A stretch of 64,000 nucleotides of DNA from Takakia lepidozioides. Its lineage: Eukaryota > Plantae > Bryophyta. Positions 51,108-61,720 of this stretch are shown here, one piece after another. A program made the position numbers and the translations under genes. Numbering within the stretch: the first letter of the stretch is position 1; each line of letters opens with the position of its first letter. The notes under the pieces are model-generated. The model saw only the letters and a list, made by a program, of their open reading frames with translations, ran no database searches and was not told the origin of the DNA. The stretch spans positions 6,882,001 to 6,946,000 of the forward strand of contig CM060731.1 of assembly GCA_030704615.1 (NCBI GenBank), in the 5' to 3' direction.

Positions 51108-54100
51108 TTACTCACATGAAAAGTCGTTGTCGACCTGCTTATCTTCGGGATTGTCATCATTTTGAATTTGAATCCGATCAGTCTGTGTGCCTGAAGTGGA
51201 GCCAGACAAAAGGGGGAGGAGCAATGTGTTGTAGAGGTCATAATCACCCTCCATGCCAAAAAGGCTTCTTCCGCCTGCCTTGCATGCATGGTAAGTTGCT
51301 CCTGCACCACACAGGAGGACATGAACAGTTTGGTGGGGGGGATTTAAGCAAATGGAACTGGTGAAAGAAAATCAATTCGGAAGGGAGAGAACGAACCTGT
51401 GGACATAGACCACCCGTGCAGAGTGGTGGCTGCATGACTCCAGCAGTATTTGCATGAACGCTGGGGATTTTTCATTTGCACCTCTCTAGGGAGTGCCATC
51501 TGGTCTCTTCAGAGTCTGACTAGACTGCATGAAGTTGTACAAAATGTCATCGACATGCGGCTCATAGGGGGGGTTGACGAAACAACCCTGGTCAGAAATC
51601 TCAAAGCTGCGGATGGAGGATGGTGTCTTTGAGGTGCGAATCCTCCGCAGGCAGATCGCCTCGAACATCCTCGTCTGCCAAAGATAGCAGGTTAGTGTAG
51701 TAAACACAATCTATAGTGGAAGTGTGCACATCGGCTATTCAGAACTCAGGCATAAAACAATCATTTTTATCACGAATTGGTGATGATCGGTGTTGATCAT
51801 GACAGATTCTTCTAGAGTGGAGCTGCAGAGAACATTAAAGCACAAGCAGAAGGGAGACGGCATACCAGCTGACCAGGGAAACCCCCTTTCACAAGGTAGA
51901 GGCTGTTCACACAATTCCATGTGCGCAAAACTTCAAACCCTGAAGACTTCAGGTATGATGCCAATGCCCGACGACTATCTTTGTCACATGACTAAAAAAG
52001 CAGAAGTGTCCCTGCATCAGAGAGGAAATTATTACAGAACCCGAACACCCAACTCCAGTAGTTGTCCTCGAATTTGTTCCAGCCTGACGTCTTGCCCTTT
52101 GGAAGAACTTTTGGCACAGCTTGGCCATCCGGGATGTCGAGAATGACAATGTCAGCCGCATATGTTTTCTGCACACCGCACACGAAGGTGGGACCAGTGC
52201 TCACCTGCAACGGACATGTTTATTTTAAGAACGATGGCAAAAATGTTTTCAAAGAACCAGACTGAAATACTGCCAATGAAACTTTCAGAGAAAAAGGAAA
52301 GAAACTGGAATTCTCACCAGATTGAGGAATAAGATTATGTTGTCCCAGGTAGGCGAAGGCACCCTAGTGTATCCTCTCTTTCGACTCTGCATCATCGCCA
52401 GCCAACCCTCATTGACAATTTTAATCTCTCCTGCCGAATCAGAACGGGAAGGGTGTGGCTTGGCATCGAACACGCACTGAACTATGCGGGTATATCTTCC
52501 AGCAGTGAAGTCCTGCCCACTCTCCTTTTACTTCTCCATCTCTTTTTCTTTCTCCTTCCCCTTGTCCTTTTCCTTCTCCTTCTCTTTGGACTTGTCTTTG
52601 TCCTTTGGCTTTGCTGGTGAGATGGCTATGACATCAGGAGCCTTGTCTTTTGGTTTGCGGCCCACCTTCTTTCCCTTCTGGGGCGTTCCCTGAGCTCAGG
52701 CTCCTTGGCAGCCAATGTTACTATGTTTCTTTGGTACTGCTCGTCAGTCAGAGGCGCCAGCATCTCAACATTATTGTTCAAATATTTCATGTGCTATTCT
52801 TGAAAGGTCGTGTGCTCCGGTGGGCAGTCAAGGTACCAGCCACAGTCTCTGAAGTGAGAAGGACTCCAGTCCTTCAATATCCCTGCAATATACATGGTTG
52901 GGTTGTTTGCAGGGTCCGACCACATGTCAAGATAGTCAGGAATACCGCTCAGGTGATTTCCTTCCATAAGCACATATTTCGTGTACCTGTTAAACAGGAG
53001 ATAAATCCCAACCCACCAAAGCGCGAAGTGAGTAAGATGCAAGTAGCACAGAATGAAAAAAACATGGAATGAAATGGCTCTGAGAACTGCTCCAAGGAGC
53101 TCTCAGGACCACGCGACAGCTCTGGATGTGAATGTCGTCAACGCCATTCAAAAAATTCCATTCAATGATACTGCAAATACACCCTAATCCACGTGAATGC
53201 AAACTCTCGCTTTGGAATGACACAAACATAGAAGTGAATGTCGTCAACGTCATTCACTTTGGATTTGTGAATACACTGCTAATCAAGCCTAATGATTTCT
53301 CAAAAGAGGCAAAATCATTGGATGGAAACTGAATGTCGGCAACGACATTCAGAAACTCGAGTAAGGAACCCTCCCTAAAAACTCAATGGACATTCAAAAC
53401 GTACATAACACTGAGGACCTCATAATAACACTGGATGTGAATGGCGTCAACGCCATTCACAAAATTCCGAACAAAGAACCAATAAATACAACCTAAGCTC
53501 CTAATCCATGTAAATTCAAATTGTCGTTGGTGAATGACACAGACATAGAAGTGAATGTCGTCAACGACATTCACTTTGGATCTCTGATAACACAGCTAAT
53601 CAAGCCTCAAGATTTCTCGCAAGAGGCAAAAACATTGCAGAACAACTGAATGTCTGCATTGACATTCAGCAAACTGGAGTGAGGAACCCTCACTGTAAAC
53701 TCTATGGACATTACGAAAACTTACATAACTCTGAGGACCTCTTAACAACTCTGGATGTGAATGTTGTCAACGCCATTCAGGGACATTATCAATTCTAATC
53801 AGGGACACTATAAATACACCCTAAGCTCCTAATCCAGGTGAATTCAAATTCTCGCTTAAGAATGACTCAGACAAAGAAGTGAATGTCGTCAACGACATTC
53901 AATTTGGATCTATGATTACAATCCTTATGAAGCCTAATTATTTCCCAAAAAGTGCAGTAGAGTTTCCAGTATGATATTGCACCTGTACACAACTCGCATC
54001 ATGGCCCACTCTCCTCCAACCTGACTGTCAAAGTTGTTGGACCGTAAAATGTTACCATCTTTGGAGAACTCCCGGAAAAAACAGTATCTCCAGGTGAGAC

Positions 54101-56920
54101 CTCTCCACTTCCTTATGTATGCCTCCAATGACATTTGGGGAGGGGAAACAATCGAAATGTTCAAGTCCTTCAAAGTCTGATCCAGCACAATGACGGCGCG
54201 CTTTTCGAGCTGCAAATTGTATATTGTCAGTATTGCAAATAAGATACTCATCACATAATTGAAGAAAAGAAAACGGCTTCTTTGAATACACACCTGACTC
54301 CAAAATGTAGCCTTGTGGAGCCAGTTATCAAACACCAAATCACTGATTCCTTCCACCTTTGTGCCAGGCTGTATGGTGCTCTTTGGGAACTGATTCAAGT
54401 CCTTTACTGTCTGATCTGAGTTCCATATCTCCAGCCACCTTATTTTTGTTTGTGGGTCGACCATGGATATGGCCAGCCGGTGCAATTTCTCCTGCTGCAT
54501 CTCTAGATGCACATGCTTGTCATAGTGAGATTTGATCTGCTGAAGGAACTCAGAACCAAGTCCAGGATCTACTATTCTAAGCTGCTTTCCGAAGGCGGAC
54601 ATCAATTTGGTTCTTCGCATTTCAAACTCCTTCTTTATTGATGCTTCCACACCCTTTGATGTCCTTAGTTCCTCTGGTGTAGTGCGGTAATATTCGGATT
54701 TTCCCTTCTCAGCTGCCTCTGCTAGTTCTTGCTGCATTGATTCAAATAGTGATTAGCACTGAAGGAACTACAAACATGTATTCAAAAAGTAAACTGAGTA
54801 CAGACTCGGGCTTACCGCATACATGTACTCCAGAAACGCCTCTCGAGTCAAAGAATACCAAGTGCCTGCAGCTCTTCCTGTTTCGCACTTCTTGATTATA
54901 TTGGGGGGGGGGGGGGGGTACTGTCAAAAAATCATCCAGCTTCATCAGACCAATCCTCTGAATTCGGAATAGTGTGTGGACCAAGCTTGTTGTCACATGC
55001 GATTTCTCTGTCGATCTGCAAAAACATTGGAAACATTGCATTCTTTAAAACTGTTTTTTTGGGATTAACAAGACACTACAGAGGGAATGAAGTCTCTAGG
55101 ATGACTTACTTGTTCACGTCGTGCATAGCTATAAGAAGCCTAGCGATGTCGTTTCCAAGATCCAAAACCATTGCCTCCACAACAACATGCTTGTCTTTGT
55201 TTTTCGCATGATGTTTCTGAATGTATCACATCCATGCCAGCAATCGGTGGTTGCCGTCCCAGACGTAGAACATGTGGTTGCAGAATTGCTGGGTGTTCTT
55301 TCCCATCATGAGGCCTAGCTCGAACTCCTCATTAGCATCTTTCTAGCACTCATCCCAGGTATCACTGATCTCTGGAGACACTAATGTGCTTTTCCCATTT
55401 ATATCCGTCAGTGATACATAAAAAACTTGTGCACCAAGTCTGTATCCATGCACGAAATCACTCTCCAATTTTGTTATGTCATGGGAAAGAGGTGGACGCA
55501 CAACAGGCATAGATATCATCCGACATAGAAGGATGTCCAGACGCCCTCCAGATACGAGCATGTCCCTTATAACCTCCTGAGAGTTTACCTTCTAGAATGA
55601 CATGAGTTCTTTCACCTTGTCAAGGTAGTGCACTTCAGATTCATCTGCTTCATCACTATTCTCTAAGCTTTTTCCAGACTTGTCCCCATCTCCAGATCCT
55701 TTCCCCTCTGATCCTGTAGGCTTGGACCTCACAGTTTTCTGCACGATGCCATTCAAATCTGACTGAGTAATGTGCAAATAGTGAACGGCGGTAACGACCA
55801 TCACTCTGTCTCGTCTCAACTCACAATGAATGGTGTGAAACAAATTCAGAACCATCTACACAAGCAAAGCTGATCCTGCCGAATTCAAAACAAAACACTA
55901 TGATTCTAGGGACACAGGAACAGAAAGGTTTTGAGCAAGAGCGAACGGCGTTAATGACAATCACAAAAGAGTGGGACCTGCCGGATCGGTGTTGTGCAAT
56001 GACATATATGTGTAAGTGATTGGCGGCAACGACATTCAGTATAGTTTAGGGTGGACAATAAGTGCAGATTATTCAGATTGACTCCATTGTGATGAACGTC
56101 GCAAGCATTCACTATTTCTTGTCTATGTCGAGAGTACTTTCCAATCGATACTCTACCTAAATCTATAGTATGGTCTTCTTTGATTGGCGGTACCGCCTTT
56201 TCACTTCTCAATCTGTTCAACCTCAAACAAAGAAAATGCATTGCAAAACAATATGACTGAATATGCCGACCCTCACTCTCTCTTCAAACACATAGGTACA
56301 TAAATCTCATGAGGAAAATCGAATGGCGTTAACGAGCTCGCAATTCAGTAGACTTCAATCACATGTTCCTGCTAAAGAAGGGAAGAGGAAGGACTGCTTG
56401 AAAGACAATCAGATAGACTGTATGATCTGAACAACAGTGAATGACGGTACCGTCAGTCACCCACTCATTGTGCGGTAAACCCTCAACAGAGGAGTAGAAA
56501 GCAAAACACCGTTGTTTCACGGTGATGGTCGGTAGCGACAATCCCTTTCTGGGACATTCCACTCAATCTCTACGCAGATCTTCAACAATGAAATGTACGT
56601 TAGAGAAAACTTACTGGCGCCTTCTTAGGTTTTGAAATTGGATCCCCTTCTGCAACTTTCCTCTTCCCTCTCACATCTGCTGGAATTTCTGTCTGCTCTA
56701 GGGTTTCTGGACCTTCTCCCGGTTCAGCGTTCCTTGTACTTCCACCTCCTTCAGTTTCCCTGCGAGTCATCTCTGCATCCATAGGCTGGTTTCCAACGCG
56801 AACTGTTATCGCCGACTGTGTCACAGCCGCTGCCTCAGTCTCGGTCTGCTCTTGTGAATCAGTCTCCGCGTTCACCTGCTGCCTTGGCCTTGTATTCTCC
56901 AACAAACGACGCCTCGTCAT
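51108..56920 (-). pseudogene. Spliced transposon-borne gene: ParB/Srx-like domain + helical region + beta-class amino-DNA-methyltransferase-like domain
   Basis: ParB-like VVRPP...GYRLG..FYVS...MFYVWDGNHRLLAW at ~55230-55510. MTase strand ADIVILDIPDG (~52125-52156) then FLSDAGTLLLF. P*RGANEKSPAFMQILLESCS at ~51430-51490. After an intron, STG/ATYHACKAGGRSLFGMEGD (~51240-51300), with a stop at 51108. Several TGG->TAG stops and frameshifts; the start position is approximate. Confidence 0.72.
53095..53935. repeat. Intronic higher-order repeat (~310-320 bp x ~2.7) carrying eight 20-bp palindromes GAATGTCGT-CA-ACGACATTC
   Basis: Palindrome copies start at 53130, 53236, 53331, 53439, 53553, 53648, 53759 and 53881. 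Confidence 0.92.
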
Positions 56921-57850
56921 TTGCTCTCTTGCTCTGCGTCTCTCTCTAAGGGAAGTAAAATAAAGAGACTTTCTTCTCTTTTGTATTGTAGAAGGAACCC
57001 TCTGCAGCTTGACTACCACTCTCCCTCTAAGCGCGAAAAGTAGAAAAACGAAGTGACTCCCGATTTCTTGCGGGATTGTGTGCGTTGTGGCTTGTCTCTA
57101 GAAGCATCAGATTCCCTCTCGCGTGACCGTTACACATAGTCATTCCCTTATTAGTGCACATGCCAGCAATTAGTGTACAGCTGTTTGTTTTCAATATAGT
57201 TATCGATGTCTGACGTGTGTCGCCCAAAATAAACGGCGTGTTCTTTATTAGAACGGTTTCAATATTTAAAAATAACAGCGAGTCCTAGAAATCTTGGCGC
57301 ACAGTCTTAGACAAATATATGTAAATGAACGAGAGTTTGATGACAAATTTTGGGATATCATACACGTTCATCCTTGTTAGCCAACCCCACGTTCGTTTCA
57401 CATTTTGAACTTCCAGGTGCGCATGATCATTGGTAGTAGTTTAAAGATGCATTTACTTAATCTGCAATCCCACCCTCAGATCATGTGGCATGCTTCCAGG
57501 AAGTTGGCTTGTTATTGTGTTTATTGATGAGGTTCTGATTAACGATTTAACAACTGCCGACATTGCTCCTAGGGATACTCTGACCACTAGGCCTACAAGA
57601 AAAGTAATTAAAATGGACGGCTGCATATCTGGAAGGAATAACAGAATATGCACAGTCGTCGTCTGAGCTTCCTCCGCCATATTCTCTGCTCATTCTTCAA
57701 CTGTGTTCTGGAGACATCAGTAAACCAATTTACACTAAAGGTCTGCGATAGCAAGGTATCGACGTACGCAAGGAAGGAAGATGGCTTCCTCTGAAGCGGA
57801 GTTCTTCTCTGACGACAAACCAGTGCCGTTCTCCCAAGAAGTCCTTGACA

Positions 57851-58873
57851 ATGGATTTGCAATTGTTCTGGAACGTGTCTTGGCTACCCGTTAATGGCTC
57901 CATCTTTTTGGAGAAAGAGGTCTACGATTTGAAAAGGAAGTTGTTGAAATACTCTTTCCAAAACCGTGATGAGACGGCTCATGTCAGCCAGTGGAGAGTG
58001 CGCCCTGGTCGATACAGAGTACTTGGAGAGCCTCGGCGAAAGTCCCTTGGATCATATGTGACACCCGGGACTGCTGCTTCGGTCGTTGAAGACAAGAGGG
58101 AGGTGGTGGTGAAAAAAGAACAGACGTCCTCCACTCCAATCATTGAGCTTTCGGATTCGTCCGATGATGACATAAGTGAAATTCCAAATCCAGTCCTTCC
58201 TACTGTGGTTGGAGAAGCTGATGAAGAAGAGATTTGTAGTGTCATTCCAAAACTACGGGCGATGGGAGGAATGGCTGGATTCAAAAGTGAGTTGCGAGGA
58301 ATTGATTGGGAATCTTTGAAGCAGGTGCCTGTGAAGTTCTTGCCAGAGACTTTTGATGGCCATATCCTATTCGAGCTGCCTCCTCCTCCGCGAGTTGGAG
58401 GTGTAACAATCATGATGCATGGAATGGACAAGAAACATGACGGGCACCCGTGGTGCAGAACAAAAACATCCAATATTCAGAATGATGACAAGCTTGTTTT
58501 CAGGAGAACAGTTTGCAATGGACACCTTAGGTGTGATAATTTGAATTGCAGACATTTTCTTCAGTCTGGGGTTCATAATCAAAGCGAATGGGAGGGTCTG
58601 GCGGAAAATCCATTTCAGCCTGGGACTGCCCCACCACCGACAAACACTTTCGTCTGCAAATTCTGCAAACTTGTGCCATCCTGCTTGGCGCTCTGCGGAG
58701 CAAGAATGTACTATGTTGTCCACCGTTTGAAAACATTGACAAGAGCTTGTGTGCATTTCGGAGTCCATAACCATTATGTCTCGAAGGGGGATTATAGGGA
58801 GAGTGTTGAGACAATATCGAGGTTGATTAAACAGGAGTTTGGGAGAAACCCATCCGCAACAACATCTGCAATT
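57851..58873 (+). pseudogene. GCM/WRKY-fold-like zinc-binding ORF, probably a transposase N-terminus, truncated by a CACTA insertion
   Basis: DGHPWCRTKTSN...RRTVCNGHLRCDNLNC...CKFC...CLALCGARMYY...VHFGVHNH resembles the W...C.G...C...C...CxxC...C...G.HxH layout of GCM domains. The stop codon is supplied by CACTAG at 58874-58879. Confidence 0.6.
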
Positions 58874-60077
58874 CACTAGAAGAAAAAACGGCTTTTTCCA
58901 CGGCTTTTTTCACACTTTTTTCCGTGGAATCCGCCCCAGTCCACACCTGCCGTGGGTGTAAGAAACGACGAGTGCTTTCGGACACCCTGTGGACGGCCTG
59001 GCTCTCGGGTGGCCCTATGGAAAAGTCCACGGGGTGGCTGAATCCACGGGTGGCCTTTTTCACGGGGTTCATGGGTTTTTCCACGAGCGGCGTGTGCTTT
59101 GGCGAACACCGCCACGTGGATCATAGATGTACAAAGGTGTGGACTTGTCCACACCTACGGGAAAACCATGCGACTACCTGTCACCAGGGTTTCACGACAT
59201 CTGGGCAACGGTGTGTGCAACACGTGTATTTTTGTGGGGATGACACGTGTATGGAGACAAAGAGGCGATGTGCACTTATGTGGAGCGGACATCTGGCGTG
59301 GCATGTGGGTGTGAAAAAAACCATTCGGTGTGAGACCATCCACTGGCTGTTTTCACAGCTTCAGCAAGTTTGGGGGCCACGTGTTCCGTGGCAAACACTG
59401 CCACGTGGATCCTAAACGTACAAAGGGTGTGGACTTGTCCACACCTACGGGAAAATGATGCGACACCCTGTTACCTGGGCTTGACGACATGTGGGCAACG
59501 GTATGGGCAACGCGTGTATTTTGGAGAGGACGGCACGTGGCGTAATCTGCATGGAGTGGGTGTGTAGTATTTTACTGCCTATACTGTAGGTCATTCCACA
59601 TAGCCACAGGAGCAGGGGGCTGCTATTTCATGAGCCATGAGCCATGAGCGGCATGAGCCATGAGCAGAGTCGTAAGTGTGGAAAAAAACATGAGCAGCAC
59701 TATTTTCCGGAAATGAGTGTCCGCGGGAATAGGGTTTAGGGTGCCACGGTCATAGGGGGAGAAGGACCTCCCGATGAAGGAGGTTTGGCAATGTTATTTA
59801 GAATTATATATTGAAAGGCAATGTTTCGCGAATGGTAGGGTGGTACTGCTCTGTACAATGGGGGCCCATTTCAGCCTACCAGCCACTTGCAAAATCCACC
59901 CACACTCCCAATCCCAAACGAAATGAGCAATGACGCATTCTCGGAACGATGGACACAGAATAGAATAAAAAGAGGGCACAATGAGGTTTTTATTGATCCA
60001 CATGAATTGCATTTGAAACACGTCTACTGTGCTGATTGTGCAATCAAATCTTTAGCCCTGTGCCTACTGAATACAAG

Positions 60078-60914
60078 TCACGTTGTCAATGGGACTTCGA
60101 CTGCTCTCAGAACTAGCTCATGAGTCATGGGGCTCCTCCAGGTAAAGTCGATTGCAGCCGTTGTACCGCCCCTAGTGATGTTCACCACAATGTCCTGCCC
60201 TTCAATCATACCACCATCGAATATGGAAATCTTCACGTTTTCGTCGTCCACACCAATGCGAATGTCCCCATACAATGGAGAAGAGGAGCGCACTCCTTGA
60301 GGAGAATAGGTCTCTCCGATGGAGTCCACCCACGTCCAGTGGCAGCAGTTCCACCGCAACAGCATAGCAGTGCGCCTTCTTCTGCATGGGTGACCGTCGT
60401 AGCTGGGAAAATCGGAATCGAGGATGCACAGGAGCCACGGACTCCTCAGACCAAGATCGTCACCCCGCTCGAAGGCGTAGTGGCCTAGGATATACTCAAA
60501 AGCCACCAATGTTTCCACAATCGAACCAGTATCTTCTCTGTAATCTGTGTATCAGATAACAATGTCTCCCGATGTGGCCGAATACATTGCATAATCGATG
60601 CCTCCAAATGGGCAGTCGTCCCGGTTCCGGAGGCACGGCATCCTTGCAAAGGAGGACCTGAGGACGACTTGGATGCCGATGACAACGACCTTGCGGACAG
60701 CTACGAAGCCCTTAGATTTTGGAAATGATGCGAAGTGGAAGAGCAGTCCGGCCTCCAATAATGGAGCATCTGGGTCCCACGTACCCACCGACGGAGGTGG
60801 AACGTGTTCATCACGCCAGCGGTGGATGAACCCATACATCTTTCTCATCAACAAGTTATAGTTTGAGATCTGCCACCGAAGTCCATCCCCCCGGATGGAA
60901 ATTCGGCGCCGCAT
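60078..60914 (-). pseudogene. Unknown-domain cargo gene, copy 1
   Basis: VLRSSFARMPCLRNRDDCPFGGIDYAMYSATSGDIVI*...AFEYILGHYAFERGDDLG..PWLLCILDSDFPS...RWNCCHWT...PLYGDIRI...FDGGMIEGQDIVV; homologous to 61170-61720 on the + strand. Confidence 0.7.
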
Positions 60915-61169
60915 TTACATCGAAGAGGGGATGGACTTCGTCGTGTCCAGTGGCTATCGGCCCACCTGGCAGTGACTGCCCATAGTTTGCATGGCAGGGT
61001 AGGAAACTGAAACGGCTACATTCATGCAGCAGCCAATCTTCATCGGTCCAGGATCCTGTAGGGGGGAAATTTAAATGTGCCCTGGAGTGTTTGTGAGGAA
61101 TTGCAGCGTTAGCTTGAACTTTTTCCAGCCACCGCGCTGCTCCTCCTCCATCCGGGAGCTGCTGTCATT

Positions 61170-61720
61170 GAGCGTACTCCGCTACTCTTTTTCAAGGATG
61201 TCGTGCCGCCGAAATCCAGCAGACTGCCCTTATCATGGCCACGATTATGCTATGTTCAAACCAGAATCAGGAGACATCATTGTCTGGCTTTCTGTTTTCA
61301 CAGACGCTGCTGGAATCAAGCAAGAGTCTTTGCGTGCAATGGAGTATCTGGAGGGCTATTACCGCTTTGAGCGAGGTGAGGTCCTGGGGTCAATGCGGTC
61401 CGTGGGTCCTGAAAATTGTTGACCTCGATATACCAAGCTGGAAAGGGATGCCGGACAGATCACGCACGGCCTCGCTTTGGCGCTAGAACTGCTGCCAGTG
61501 GACCAGGGAGGACGGCACCGGGGAAAACTATATACGTGCAGATCACTCCGCTCTTCCAGTGTATGGAGACATTCGGCTGAGTTGCGAAGACGAATCGCAC
61601 GGGCACATGAGGCCCACAGTGACCTTGTCAATGTATGATGGTGGTATCATTGATGGACATGACATTGTCGTCATTTCCACCGGCTCGAAAGGGTGCCCCC
61701 CTGGGGGGTTGAAGAGTGCC
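61170..61720 (+). pseudogene. Unknown-domain cargo gene, copy 2
   Basis: VLRYSFSRMSCRRNPADCPYHGHDYAMFKPESGDIIVW...AMEYLEGYYRFERGEVLG/PWVLKIVDLDIPS...R*NCCQWT...PVYGDIRL...YDGGIIDGHDIVV. Confidence 0.7.

Noticed and set aside
51560-51582. FVNPPY as the methyltransferase catalytic motif IV
   Set aside because: It looks canonical but lies just before the KSP/motif I region, where the target-recognition segment is expected. DIVILDIPDG fits the beta-class position better. Unresolved without an alignment.
53130-53900. CRISPR array
   Set aside because: The palindromic repeats are regularly spaced, but the spacers are 75-100 bp and recur every third unit. There are no cas genes and the context is a eukaryotic intron.
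58924-59415. 163-aa ORF
   Set aside because: It lies in CACTA subterminal repeats and is a by-product of the CCACGG motif array.
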